From the NCBI GenBank assembly GCA_038208115.1, contig JBBQZC010000002.1, positions 1 through 53,232 on the forward strand: a stretch of 53,232 nt of DNA, in the 5' to 3' direction. The notes under the pieces are model-generated. The model was not told the origin of the DNA. It made no database searches and saw nothing but the letters and a program-made list of their open reading frames with translations. The stretch is from Candidatus Moraniibacteriota bacterium. GTDB taxonomy: Bacteria; Patescibacteriota; Minisyncoccia; Moranbacterales; GCA-2747515. Positions 37,801-46,652 of this stretch are shown here, piece after piece (the stretch's first letter is position 1; each line of letters begins with the position of its first letter). A program made the position numbers and the translations under genes.

Positions 37801-38325
37801 AAAATTACTTTTTACCATGGCAGGACAAGTGTAATCCCCTTCTTCCATATCAATATACGTACCCATTTCACGAAATGTAACATACGAAAAAATTGATTCA
37901 TTTGCACCATAGGAATTTTCTTTGAATGATATTGTACCAGACGCTCTTCTATTACATTCTGGATCAAAGTCACCATATTTATTTGTGTTAATTGGCAATT
38001 GTGTGATTGTAATTGGATTTTGTGCAGTACCCTCAGCAATGACAAATGAGAGATCATAGAGTGTGAGATTTCTCATCGCTATAGTCGAACCTGGTTCAAT
38101 GTATATATATGCACTATGAAGAACATAAATATTTTCATACATACTCAAGTCAGTATTACTATTCCATGTAACACTTTCATCTATATAGAGATCTTCCAAT
38201 GGTTGCGACGACTCGTCTTCGGCGTAAACAACAGTTGAATAATTATAAAAATCTAAACGCAAAGGAGCGCCTATAGTCAAAATAACGAGAATAACAGATA
38301 CCCACCTAATCATAAATCTGCTCAT
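34849..38325 (-). CDS. Large secreted LCAT/PGAP1-like lipase/acyltransferase with C-terminal peptidoglycan-binding domain
   Basis: Signal/TM, beta-helix-like N-region, VLFLPGIKASRL, YAYDWR, nucleophile elbow VAHSNGGL, DGDDVV, HGDI; C-terminal ITQFQKERGLPQTGFYGLLT. Confidence 0.8.
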   Translation of the reverse strand: MSRFMIRWVSVILVILTIGAPLRLDFYNYSTVVYAEDESSQPLEDLYIDESVTWNSNTDLSMYENIYVLHSAYIYIEPGSTIAMRNLTLYDLSFVIAEGTAQNPITITQLPINTNKYGDFDPECNRRASGTISFKENSYGANESIFSYVTFREMGTYIDMEEGDYTCPAMVKSNFQIPSFINSAYAEQPAEYYDPYGEYPLKASPAIYFHLGNVRMSNCTFENNEFADVVVDMEIDENTGEKNVLHIINSNFQNNKNNVAVRSRVKKNELYNEFFEDCYSECINNDPDLPWMTRSENCSHECTISVDYQESFFDDNRVELKNNWYGHNTGPKRENDLYAQGERVYGNLTLDGWRQAPDMASNVLFLPGIKASRLYDADNENKLWLPDNDEDATKLLMDEDGKSMNNIYTKDVIENAYAISGIYDEFVEDLESLKNGHIITDFSLYAYDWRKDVADIAQNGTLYPDNEVRSAVAEIERLASTSVSGQVTIVAHSNGGLLGKALVQELDKKEESYLIDNVIFVSAPQMGTPKAITSLLHGYDEALPFFSRFVDDADAREMGENMPGAYGLLPSKEYFDRAEEPIINFDATNTIYKRYKDAYGDHIDNYDEFKKFVLGKKDMRPKPDRDNLVGANVLNEKILNKAEEIHDNIDTWIPPENIKLIQIGGWGLDTMSGVKYTEINKSVCKDNVTEFGIVRADCKEEPAAVYEPKYTVDGDDVVVTPSSLMIPTAENVEKYWLDLFRYNKSNLGFTIDRKHGDILEMQNLRILISYLIEKHTVPENLLQYFSSYRPQEHEEMENPRIRMSLYSPLDIHLYDEHGNHTGPTTMIVDGEEVVMIEENIPNSYYEVFGEHKFVGWGTDDDVRVELDGYDSGSYTFNIQEVYVTENGERDGDNTTFESLPVSADTTVNFTVPADGIKDMTALTADYDGDGTVDYTITPQINGSATFDDEDDRTLDFDDNSDVNTDADPEKKVSVGAEKSVKASIDSWKAYQYMTKSQSCPTKLKLILTGKHFDKDAIIKIGGRTAKDLERESHRKITATFCMKDLLKIKTDTLRTISVINPDTERSKAIKKIDVLDIVWYVTPEEIQGADINTVEGCLIVQKALNQLEYIDAEKINGQNDALTQNAITQFQKERGLPQTGFYGLLTKEKLIEKIIRLK

Positions 38326-38527
38326 ATATTATAAATGATAGTTATTATACATAGATAATTATCTCAAAAAGAATAATTGCAATATCCTATTTTTCTGCTT
38401 GATTAGGAATTACGCAATACACATTAGATTGTTTTATATTTCAATCTAATAGCGAGATAGATATGACAAAATAGTATCATACACAAGATGAAAAAATACG
38501 AAAATTTAGATTAACTGAAGATTAACT

Positions 38528-39199
38528 CTATAATATGCTTTTTTCTTGAAAACTATAGAATCTATTTTTAGTAATAATAATATGATCAATAATCTCTATA
38601 CCCATGATTTTTCCTGCCTCTTTCAGTCTATTTGTAACCATGACATCATCATCTGACGGCTCTGTGTCTCCTGATGGATGATTATGTGCTACGATAATCG
38701 ATGCCGCTAAATGGTCAATTGCAGATTTGAATACTTCCCGAGGATGAATGAGACTCGCATTAAGTGTTCCAATTGATACAGTTTCTTTGTATATCAATTG
38801 ATTTCTTGCATTGAGATAAAGCACAACAAAATGCTCTTTTCGCGCAGTACGCAATTCCTGCAATTGTGCTACTGCATCTTTGGCACATACAATTGTTGGC
38901 AAATTATTATCTTCTACCTCCAATGCTCTTTTGGTCAACTCAAAGGCAGCCAAAAGCAAACACGCCTTAGCTGGACCAATACCATTAATTTCCGATAAAC
39001 TCTTAAAATCAAGTGCAAGCAGACTTTTAGTAGGGAACTTTTTCAATATATCACGAGAAACGTGCATCACATCTTTTCCCTCTATTCCTGTCCTGAGCAA
39101 AATAGCCATAAGCTCATAATCTCGCAAGCCGGCTGCGCCTTTCTCTATCATTTTTTCACGTGGCATCTCATGTTTTGACAAACCTTTAATCTTAGACAT
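38528..39199 (-). CDS. radC: RadC/JAB domain protein
   Basis: PREKM, ELMAILLRTG, GIGPAKA, HPREVF, HNHPSGDTEPSDDD, DHIII. Confidence 0.93.
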   Translation of the reverse strand: MSKIKGLSKHEMPREKMIEKGAAGLRDYELMAILLRTGIEGKDVMHVSRDILKKFPTKSLLALDFKSLSEINGIGPAKACLLLAAFELTKRALEVEDNNLPTIVCAKDAVAQLQELRTARKEHFVVLYLNARNQLIYKETVSIGTLNASLIHPREVFKSAIDHLAASIIVAHNHPSGDTEPSDDDVMVTNRLKEAGKIMGIEIIDHIIITKNRFYSFQEKSIL

Positions 39200-39404
39200 A
39201 CATACTATTTCTAAAAAATACATCAGCATTGTACCCCTTTTTCATTTTTTTGCAAATTAATATTAAAAAACATTTTCAGTTTCAAAAAAAATTAATATAT
39301 TCTAACTTATGCCCTTGCAAGAAATACAGTGTTTAGCACAGTAATAAGCACCTAAACAAAAATAAAATCCATCGATGCACGCATCAATGGATTGTTGAGA
39401 TTTT

Positions 39405-40049
39405 TCAAACCTCTATTTTTACAGGTTCTTCCATTTTTGTGTCCGATGGGCGAACTTCTGCACTGCTTTGCTGAGCGCACCACCCTTCATCAGCTAGTAT
39501 CTGAAGAGAGGCAAGCTTAGTGATGAGAGCATTCTCAGATATTTCGAGGTTCCTGATCATCTCTTGAGATTTGCTGAAGAATATGTCAGTAAATTGCCCG
39601 ACATTTACAAGACCCTCATCATTGTACGAAGCCACCACGATGCTAAGCGCACCAGAAATTTCACTCATTTGTGGGCTGTTCTTACCGCAGGCTTCCCTCA
39701 CGATATCGATCATGTAATCGATATTTATACTCAACTCCCAAAAACCATCTCGATTCCTGAGCATAAACTGATCACTTGCGATCTCTGATTCGATCCTCCG
39801 AGTGAAATACTTCATGACATATGGCGCATCCAGGGTATAGCATCTGCAGATTGCCATTATCGTTCTGACAATTGATTTGATCTGTGGATCACGTTTTTTG
39901 TGATAATGCGCAACAATACAAATATCTCGATCTCCGATTCGGTTGACGAGACACCACACGAACCATCCAGTGATCCCTATGATTAAAAGCAAACCCACTA
40001 CAGCAACCACATACTCACTTTTTGCATACTCATTGAAAAATTCTATCAT
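39405..40049 (-). CDS. Single-TM hypothetical protein
   Basis: SD AAGGGAG before MIEFF, N-terminal TM; consensus promoter upstream, hairpin at about 39365-39393 downstream. Confidence 0.7.
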   Translation of the reverse strand: MIEFFNEYAKSEYVVAVVGLLLIIGITGWFVWCLVNRIGDRDICIVAHYHKKRDPQIKSIVRTIMAICRCYTLDAPYVMKYFTRRIESEIASDQFMLRNRDGFWELSINIDYMIDIVREACGKNSPQMSEISGALSIVVASYNDEGLVNVGQFTDIFFSKSQEMIRNLEISENALITKLASLQILADEGWCAQQSSAEVRPSDTKMEEPVKIEV

Positions 40050-40121
40050 GACATTCTCCCTTCTTGCGATTTGAATTTTATCCTGCAAATACTACAATTA
40101 GTAAACGAACAATAACTTGAT

Positions 40122-40150
40122 ATTATAGCAGATTTTAGCACATTTGTCAA
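40122..40150 (-). promoter_or_regulatory. Consensus sigma70 promoter with extended -10
   Basis: TTGACA-N17-TATAAT with TGn before the -10. Confidence 0.75.
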
Positions 40151-40225
40151 TTTTTCTATGCTATTTCTGCTCCTTTTCCTGGATTTATTGTTTGCAAAAT
40201 ATTCTATTTTTTTATGCGTTAATAC

Positions 40226-40259
40226 AAAAACACTCCAAATTTCAAGATGGAGTGTTTTT
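40226..40259 (-). terminator. Intrinsic terminator
   Basis: AAAAACACTCCA-N10-TGGAGTGTTTTT after the stop of 40278..40778. Confidence 0.75.
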
Positions 40260-40277
40260 AATTGATTTTTTTATAGA

Positions 40278-40778
40278 TTAGCAACAACCTTTTTCACTAT
40301 CACATGTTCCGCCACAACAACCCTCTTCATCGTCACATGCACAGAGATCCAAATTCATGAGACCGCTCTCTTCAAATTCTTCTTCATACTTCTCGCGGAC
40401 AGATTCATATAATTCTACGAAGTCTTCCTCTTTCATCTCTTTGAGAGCATCTTCACTCACTAATGAAAATATCTCTTTGATCGTCAATCGTTCGATCAAC
40501 TCTTCCCAGAATGCATCGTCATCATATTCCTCGATCACACGTTCTACATTTTCATCAGACTCCAATTCTCGTGACGGAAAAAACTGGCCTTCACTTTCCT
40601 CGTCAGTTTCAGCCAAATGCTCTACACCAAAATCTTTTGCATGTGAAAGTATATATTCTTGGATATCTTCATATTCTGCGATTGCATCATCCGTTCGATC
40701 TGCATTTGCCATCCAGTTTCCCAAATACACCACTTTGATCAATTGTTCATACTGCTCCTTCGTAAATTCGATATTCAT
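40278..40778 (-). CDS. Highly acidic hypothetical protein with Cys-rich tail
   Basis: E/D-rich; ends CACDDEEGCCGGTCDSEKGCC. Confidence 0.8.
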   Translation of the reverse strand: MNIEFTKEQYEQLIKVVYLGNWMANADRTDDAIAEYEDIQEYILSHAKDFGVEHLAETDEESEGQFFPSRELESDENVERVIEEYDDDAFWEELIERLTIKEIFSLVSEDALKEMKEEDFVELYESVREKYEEEFEESGLMNLDLCACDDEEGCCGGTCDSEKGCC

Positions 40779-40969
40779 AGATGTATCGTATTTATTAAAT
40801 TATCGTAATTAGGATTATAGCACACTTTCATTTTTTTGCACGCATATATGCGTACTTCATAAAAAGCAAGATAGTAAATTATTTTCATGCTTTTTATTTT
40901 AAACTTTTACCTGTAATAATATACATCATTGATTACAAGTAATTTTTTCATTATGTTTTTACAATCTTG

Positions 40970-41860
40970 TTACCAGCTACCACTTGATCCACCCCCACCA
41001 GAGCTTCCGCCACCGAATCCTCCGAATCCCCCTCCACCCGAACTGCTGCCTCCGCCGAATCCACTACCGCCAGACCACCAGTGATCGGATCCTCCTTTTG
41101 TGACCACACGTGAAACGATATAATCAAATATCAGACCTCCTACTCCCAAAATTCCTGCATACCACAAACTACTGCTCAGCGAGCCTACAAAAAAACCAAT
41201 CAATCCTCCTATAATCGCACCAAACAATCCTCCAGCCCAATACGATTTACTACGCCCAAATATCGCACCCAGATAAACAAAACTAAACAGCAAAAAAACA
41301 ATAACGTTTATCACCCATTCGCTACTTTTTGAAAACGTGCTTTCTGTGGATTCATTTTGATTAGATGACGAAATAGTTTCACCACCTATACCTGCGATTA
41401 TTCGATCTACTGATCCATCAATACCTTTATAATAATTACCTTCTCGAAATGCAGGCTTCATGATGTCATTTATGATCCAGCTGGATTGCGCATCTGTGAT
41501 CTTTTCTTCCAGTCCATATCCCACTTCAATACGCATCTTCCGATCTTCTAAAGCAACGAGGATTAGGATACCATTATCTTCTTCTTTTTTCCCAATATTC
41601 CATGCATCAAAAAGCGCAACGGCGAAGCCTTCGATTGTATCATCTTTCACATGTGGGATAAGCACAACGGAGATTTCATTACGTGATTCTTTCTCAAATT
41701 GCACAAGCTTGTTCTCCAAGGATACTTTTTGCTCACTGCTCAATGTCCCAGTATAATCATTGACAAATCCTGTTGGATTACCGAGATCATAATATGCACT
41801 TACTGATAAAGTGAGTGTGAAAAATAAAAATACTGAGATGTATATTAGACGGGAAAACAT
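40970..41860 (-). CDS. TPM domain (YgcG-like) membrane protein
   Basis: VNDYTGTLS, WNIGKKEEDNGILILVA, RIEVGYGLE, Gly-rich tail ending GGGGSSGSW. Confidence 0.92.
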   Translation of the reverse strand: MFSRLIYISVFLFFTLTLSVSAYYDLGNPTGFVNDYTGTLSSEQKVSLENKLVQFEKESRNEISVVLIPHVKDDTIEGFAVALFDAWNIGKKEEDNGILILVALEDRKMRIEVGYGLEEKITDAQSSWIINDIMKPAFREGNYYKGIDGSVDRIIAGIGGETISSSNQNESTESTFSKSSEWVINVIVFLLFSFVYLGAIFGRSKSYWAGGLFGAIIGGLIGFFVGSLSSSLWYAGILGVGGLIFDYIVSRVVTKGGSDHWWSGGSGFGGGSSSGGGGFGGFGGGSSGGGGSSGSW

Positions 41861-41864
41861 TTTT

Positions 41865-42428
41865 TTAATTGTTTTGCAGATTTACTTTTGGTGCATTTTC
41901 TGATCCTTGTGTTGCTTCAAAATAGTTTCTCTGTGAAAATCCGAGTGATGAAGCAATCCATTTTGCAGGAATTCTCTTTGTCATAATATTGAAATCTTTT
42001 ACTGCATCATTATATCTCTTCCTCTCAACACTAATCCTGTTCTCTGTACCCTCAATTTGTGTCATAAGCGTTTGCACGTTCTCAGATGATTTTAACTCAG
42101 GATAGTTTTCCATAATTACCAAAAGTCGTCCCAAAGCACCTTCAACTTGTGTTGCAGCTTCTGCTTTCTGATCACTGTTTCCTGCACCTGCATATTGCGT
42201 TCTCGCCGTGGCAAGATCACCAAATATTTTTTGTTCCTGTGTCATCACGCCCTTAACTGACTCTACAAGGTTTGGGATAAGATCAAATCTTCGCTGATAT
42301 TGCGTCTCAACTTGTGCCCACTGATTATCGATAGTTTCGTTTACTGTAATAAGCGTATTATACGTTTTCCAAATATAACCACCGATGATAATTACGATGA
42401 CGGCAACAGAAATTAATACTTTATTCAT
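41865..42428 (-). CDS. lemA: LemA family protein
   Basis: QWAQVETQYQRRFDLIPNLV, ENYPELKS, EGTENRISVERKRYN. Confidence 0.95.
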   Translation of the reverse strand: MNKVLISVAVIVIIIGGYIWKTYNTLITVNETIDNQWAQVETQYQRRFDLIPNLVESVKGVMTQEQKIFGDLATARTQYAGAGNSDQKAEAATQVEGALGRLLVIMENYPELKSSENVQTLMTQIEGTENRISVERKRYNDAVKDFNIMTKRIPAKWIASSLGFSQRNYFEATQGSENAPKVNLQNN

Positions 42429-42510
42429 AGATTTATTGTTTATTAATGTATTATACTAAAATTGTACCATAATTTCACATTTATGTATTGTGTGTCATTT
42501 TATAATTTAA

Positions 42511-42544
42511 AAAAGCATTGTTTGAATTATTTAAACAATGCTTT
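42511..42544 (-). terminator. Intrinsic terminator
   Basis: AAAGCATTGTTT-N8/9-AAACAATGCTTT inverted repeat after the stop at 42557. Confidence 0.65.
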
Positions 42545-42556
42545 AAAACAAGTACT

Positions 42557-43120
42557 TCATCTCACAAAAAACCGTTTTTTTGAGAGATGTTTCAAAATAA
42601 TTTTTTTGGCTATTTCGAGGTGCACAAGATGTCCATAGTTATCCCGCTGTAACGAGGAGAGGTGTCCCATGACAAATTGAGCATTCTCAGAAGAATGAGA
42701 TTTGTGAATTATTCCCTCAATATCTTGCAGTGAAAAAATTCTTAAGTTATTATAATGTGTAAGCTGACATTGTGTTGAGCAATATCCATGCGATGTTTCT
42801 GATTGTGACATTGGAAGCATGAAAAAACGCTTACATTTTCTGAATCTATCACAAAATATGCAGTGCCCACGACAATCGTCGAATTGCTTTTCACAGCAAT
42901 ATCTGTCCACACAAATATGACATGTGCGAGTATTTCTTTCCGCTTCTTCACGTAAAGCATTTTTTCGCCATTCACACGAAAGACTTTTTTCACACGCAAC
43001 ACAAAGAATTTCATTACTCACGCCCTTCTCACGAATAACGCACCTGTATACCTCAGCACATTTCATGCACCGGGATACGATCGTGACATTTCGTGCACGA
43101 ATATAATCTTCTTTCTGCAT
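42557..43120 (-). CDS. Cys-rich orphan with four Cx2Cx5C repeats
   Basis: GGAG SD before MQKED (43120); 16 Cys; own consensus promoter and terminator. Confidence 0.65.
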   Translation of the reverse strand: MQKEDYIRARNVTIVSRCMKCAEVYRCVIREKGVSNEILCVACEKSLSCEWRKNALREEAERNTRTCHICVDRYCCEKQFDDCRGHCIFCDRFRKCKRFFMLPMSQSETSHGYCSTQCQLTHYNNLRIFSLQDIEGIIHKSHSSENAQFVMGHLSSLQRDNYGHLVHLEIAKKIILKHLSKKRFFVR

Positions 43121-43178
43121 GATATTCTCCGATTTTTTTTGAGATTTATGCCACATTTTTAAATTTACATGATTCACA

Positions 43179-43207
43179 ATTATAAACTAACAAAGCTATT
43201 TTGTCAA
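43179..43207 (-). promoter_or_regulatory. Consensus sigma70 promoter
   Basis: TTGACA-N17-TATAAT; its position makes the ORF-track start at 43177 unlikely. Confidence 0.7.
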
Positions 43208-43261
43208 ACAAAAAAAGCCATTCTTGAGACTTTTTTAAATCTTTATCAAAGCTTCACCAAA

Positions 43262-43579
43262 TTACCTTTTTGCCAACTTATCAAGTATTTCTTGAAATTC
43301 CTCATCAGTTGCGTCATCCCCTATCAAGCAAGTGGCCGTGTTTCTTTCCCAATATGGGAGTGTTCGCATATTCTTACGTGTAATACGCTCTGCCAATTCA
43401 TTGTCCATGTCGGGAAATGTGCTCTGAAAAAATCGCACACCACATTCAAAAATCTCAGCGCAACTTTTTACACAGCCATTTGCATCCGCGCAATGCACAC
43501 ATACTGGACCTTCGATTCCATGAGCACCAATGTCCGTTGCAGTTTCAAGGGGCATCGTGCATGCAATACAATTCATCAT
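43262..43579 (-). CDS. Putative zinc-ribbon domain protein
   Basis: CIACTMPL...CVHC...LPYW pattern. Confidence 0.7.
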   Translation of the reverse strand: MMNCIACTMPLETATDIGAHGIEGPVCVHCADANGCVKSCAEIFECGVRFFQSTFPDMDNELAERITRKNMRTLPYWERNTATCLIGDDATDEEFQEILDKLAKR

Positions 43580-43656
43580 ATTATTACATTAAGAGATTAT
43601 ACAATATATATATAATATCATATTTTCAGCAAAATATTCTTTACTTTTTTTTCACA

Positions 43657-44829
43657 TCATTTTTTCATCATCTTTTCATACACAGCAATTGTTTCTTTTG
43701 CCGTTTTCAACCAATCAAAATCCTTTGCTCTCTCAAGTCCCTTTTTGCGATATGTGTCACGTAAATCTTTATCATTTGCAAATTCGATCATTGCTGCTGC
43801 AATCTCTTTTGTATCGATAGGATTGATTAATCGAGCTGCATCCTTGACGATTTCCGGCATAGAACCGACATTACTCACGATTGCAGGCGCACCTGTCGCA
43901 AATGCTTCTAGGACTGTCGTACCGAATCCTTCATATAATGATGGCAAGACAAAAAACTGCGCATATTTAAACAAAGGCACTAACTCATCGCCAATCACAT
44001 ATCCAGTGAATCTGACATCTTTTGTCAACTGCAGGTCATACACAAAATTTTTGATATCTTGTGCCAACCATCCTGGCTTCCCAGCAATAAGTAACTGATA
44101 ATCACATTTTTCTTCTGCATTTTTTTTACTGCGATCCTCTTTAAAAAGAGAAAAAGCGTGAAGAAGACGCGTAATATTTTTTGACGGCTCTATCGTACCA
44201 AGAAAGAGTATATATTTTTTTGTGATGCCAAACTTTTTGGGAACAATCTTGCCATTGTCGTTTACAATATCAAAAAAACGCTTATCCAAACCGGAATAGA
44301 TTACAGTCATTTTTTCTCCAACATTCTTCCTGATTTTCATTGCATCATTTTTAATCTGCTCTGACACAGCAATAACATGATCTGCTTTTCCCAGCATAAA
44401 TCGTGTCACAATATTTGTCCTCATGCCTGATGCTTTTTTATAACATTCTGGAATACTATATACCCCTAGATCATGCAGTGTTACGACAACTTTTCCACGA
44501 TACGTAGTAGGGATACGTGTTTCTGCAGACATTACATGCAATACATCCAGGTTTTCTCGCGACAACACAGCAGATGCAAGTATTTCACTATATGCACCAG
44601 GTAAATATTTTTTATAATCTGAAAAAGGGTAAAATATGATCTTTACATTTTCTCGTGCAAATTTACGGACATCTTTTTGTCGCACGCGAAAATCAAAAAA
44701 TATGACATACTCATTTTTTTTATCATGTTCCAAAAGATGACGAATCAATTGATAAGCATAATGACCTGCACCAATCGCATCATTTTTTTTTGGGTTAAGG
44801 ATCGTTCGTGCATCTATTCCTATACGCAT
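43657..44829 (-). CDS. Glycosyltransferase family 4
   Basis: MRIGIDAR, VVTLHDL, LGTIEPSKN, PSLYEGFGTTVLEAFATG. Confidence 0.93.
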   Translation of the reverse strand: MRIGIDARTILNPKKNDAIGAGHYAYQLIRHLLEHDKKNEYVIFFDFRVRQKDVRKFARENVKIIFYPFSDYKKYLPGAYSEILASAVLSRENLDVLHVMSAETRIPTTYRGKVVVTLHDLGVYSIPECYKKASGMRTNIVTRFMLGKADHVIAVSEQIKNDAMKIRKNVGEKMTVIYSGLDKRFFDIVNDNGKIVPKKFGITKKYILFLGTIEPSKNITRLLHAFSLFKEDRSKKNAEEKCDYQLLIAGKPGWLAQDIKNFVYDLQLTKDVRFTGYVIGDELVPLFKYAQFFVLPSLYEGFGTTVLEAFATGAPAIVSNVGSMPEIVKDAARLINPIDTKEIAAAMIEFANDKDLRDTYRKKGLERAKDFDWLKTAKETIAVYEKMMKK

Positions 44830-44847
44830 ATGTATGATGTTAGTAAA

Positions 44848-46566
44848 TTACATTTTTTCTGGCGTTTGAATACCTAGCAAATACAAACTGTTTTTTATGA
44901 TTTGTGCAGTTGCCATTGTGACAGCTACGCGATATGCTGTTTTTTGAGAATCACTTTTATCGATAATCGTTGTCGTCGCATAAAAAGCATTAAATAGTCG
45001 GGCACAATCGATTACATAATTTGCAATATAGTGCGGTGCGTGATCTTGACTTGCGCGCAAAACGACTTCAGGAAATTGTACAAGTGTTCTTTCCAGCTCC
45101 ACGCTATTTTTGCATGATTCGCTCCAATGCGGTACAATTTTTTCATTTTGTGCTTTTGTGATCACAGATCGACATCGTGCATATGTATATTGTACATATG
45201 GACCACTATCTCCATCAAATGACAACGCCGATTGTGCATCATACATAATATTCTTTCCTGTATGTTGTTTGAGAATATTAAACTTGATTCCTGCGACTGC
45301 GATCATATTGACCGTTGCATCTTGCATGTCATCCATCGCCCGCTCACTCATTTTTGCCTTTGCAACCGTTTGTGCGTCCGTGATCAGAGATTCCCCTGTG
45401 ATCACATTTCCTTTGCGTGAAGACATCTTGCCAGTAGTCAGCTGCATCATGCCATGAGCAATGTGCGTAAGCTTACCTGTAAATGAGGGGTCTATGAGTT
45501 CAATCGCCTTTTTGATTACTTTGAAATATTCTTCTTGCTCTACCGCAGTTGTAATAATATATTGATCAGAAGGGTATGTTTCTTTTTTGATCATAGCAAG
45601 TCCGACATCTTTTGCTTCATATGTCGGCAATCCTTGTGTTGTGATGAAAACTCGTTTATGTAAACCGTATTTTTCTCCATCAAAAATTATAGCTCCTTCA
45701 CTCTCTTCAAAAATATCTCCCATATGTTCACGAACGATTCTCTCCCCCCTTTTCCATGTATCACTTTCAAAATAATAGACATCAAATTTCGTCCCCAAAA
45801 TCGCATAGATTTCCTCAAATCTTTCAAGCGTCCTACTGCGTCCGATTGCATATAATCGCATGAGATCATCATTGCTACATGTATAAATCGCTTTATTGAT
45901 GGCATGAATTTCCTTTTTTGCAGTTTCATCCGTTTCATAGGCCACATGTCCTTTTGCGTACGCTTTCCCAATCTCATCAATATTAGTGATATCATACCCA
46001 AATTTCTGAATTGCCCATAACGATTTTGCCACATGTGGTCCGACGTCACCCTGATAATTTGCACGAATAACGTTTGCCCCAGAAAAAGCGATAATACGAG
46101 ACAGTGATTCACCAATCGTATTACTCATAAGATGTCCGATATGGAACGGCTTAAAAGGATTTGGCTGTGTATATTCGATCATGATTGCTTGACCATTCAA
46201 TGCATTATTATTACCATAACTGTCATTTTTTTCATTGATCTTTTGCAATTCTTCTATCAAGACTGATTGTTGCAACGAAAAATTGATATATCCTGGAGAA
46301 ATTGCTGTGATTGATTCGATAAAATTGTTTTTTTCCACATGCAATTCCGCTGATAGCTCCTCCATGATTATAAGGGGTGAACGCTGAAGAATCTTTGCCA
46401 AAATGAAACAGACATTTGTCGTCCAATCTCCATGCACGATACTTTTTGGACGATCTACAATAATCAATGGCACGTCAAAACTATTCCAGTTTCCACTTTC
46501 TTGCAATCGAATAATCGCATCATTAATCATCTCTTCTACTATTTTTTTCATAGCATTTATCAGCAT
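44848..46566 (-). CDS. argS: Arginine--tRNA ligase
   Basis: GDWTTN, PGYINF, EYTQPNPFKPFHIGH, KMSSRKG, GPYVQYTYAR, LGIQTPEKM. Confidence 0.96.
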   Translation of the reverse strand: MLINAMKKIVEEMINDAIIRLQESGNWNSFDVPLIIVDRPKSIVHGDWTTNVCFILAKILQRSPLIIMEELSAELHVEKNNFIESITAISPGYINFSLQQSVLIEELQKINEKNDSYGNNNALNGQAIMIEYTQPNPFKPFHIGHLMSNTIGESLSRIIAFSGANVIRANYQGDVGPHVAKSLWAIQKFGYDITNIDEIGKAYAKGHVAYETDETAKKEIHAINKAIYTCSNDDLMRLYAIGRSRTLERFEEIYAILGTKFDVYYFESDTWKRGERIVREHMGDIFEESEGAIIFDGEKYGLHKRVFITTQGLPTYEAKDVGLAMIKKETYPSDQYIITTAVEQEEYFKVIKKAIELIDPSFTGKLTHIAHGMMQLTTGKMSSRKGNVITGESLITDAQTVAKAKMSERAMDDMQDATVNMIAVAGIKFNILKQHTGKNIMYDAQSALSFDGDSGPYVQYTYARCRSVITKAQNEKIVPHWSESCKNSVELERTLVQFPEVVLRASQDHAPHYIANYVIDCARLFNAFYATTTIIDKSDSQKTAYRVAVTMATAQIIKNSLYLLGIQTPEKM

Positions 46567-46652
46567 TTAGTACATCAACTCTACCATGCAATGACTAAAA
46601 AAGAAAGAGTTCATTATTACATAAACGCCTACATGCACGATGTTATAATTCT

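Noticed and set aside
38423-38450. Inverted repeat ATTAGATTG-N10-CAATCTAAT upstream of the lipase gene
   Set aside because: AT-rich, single occurrence and no U-tract; cannot be told apart from chance.
33563-39229. GIY-YIG nuclease and RadC as signs of a mobile or defence island
   Set aside because: Both look like ordinary chromosomal forms (short YhbQ-type; full-length RadC), and no integrase, transposase or att sites were seen.
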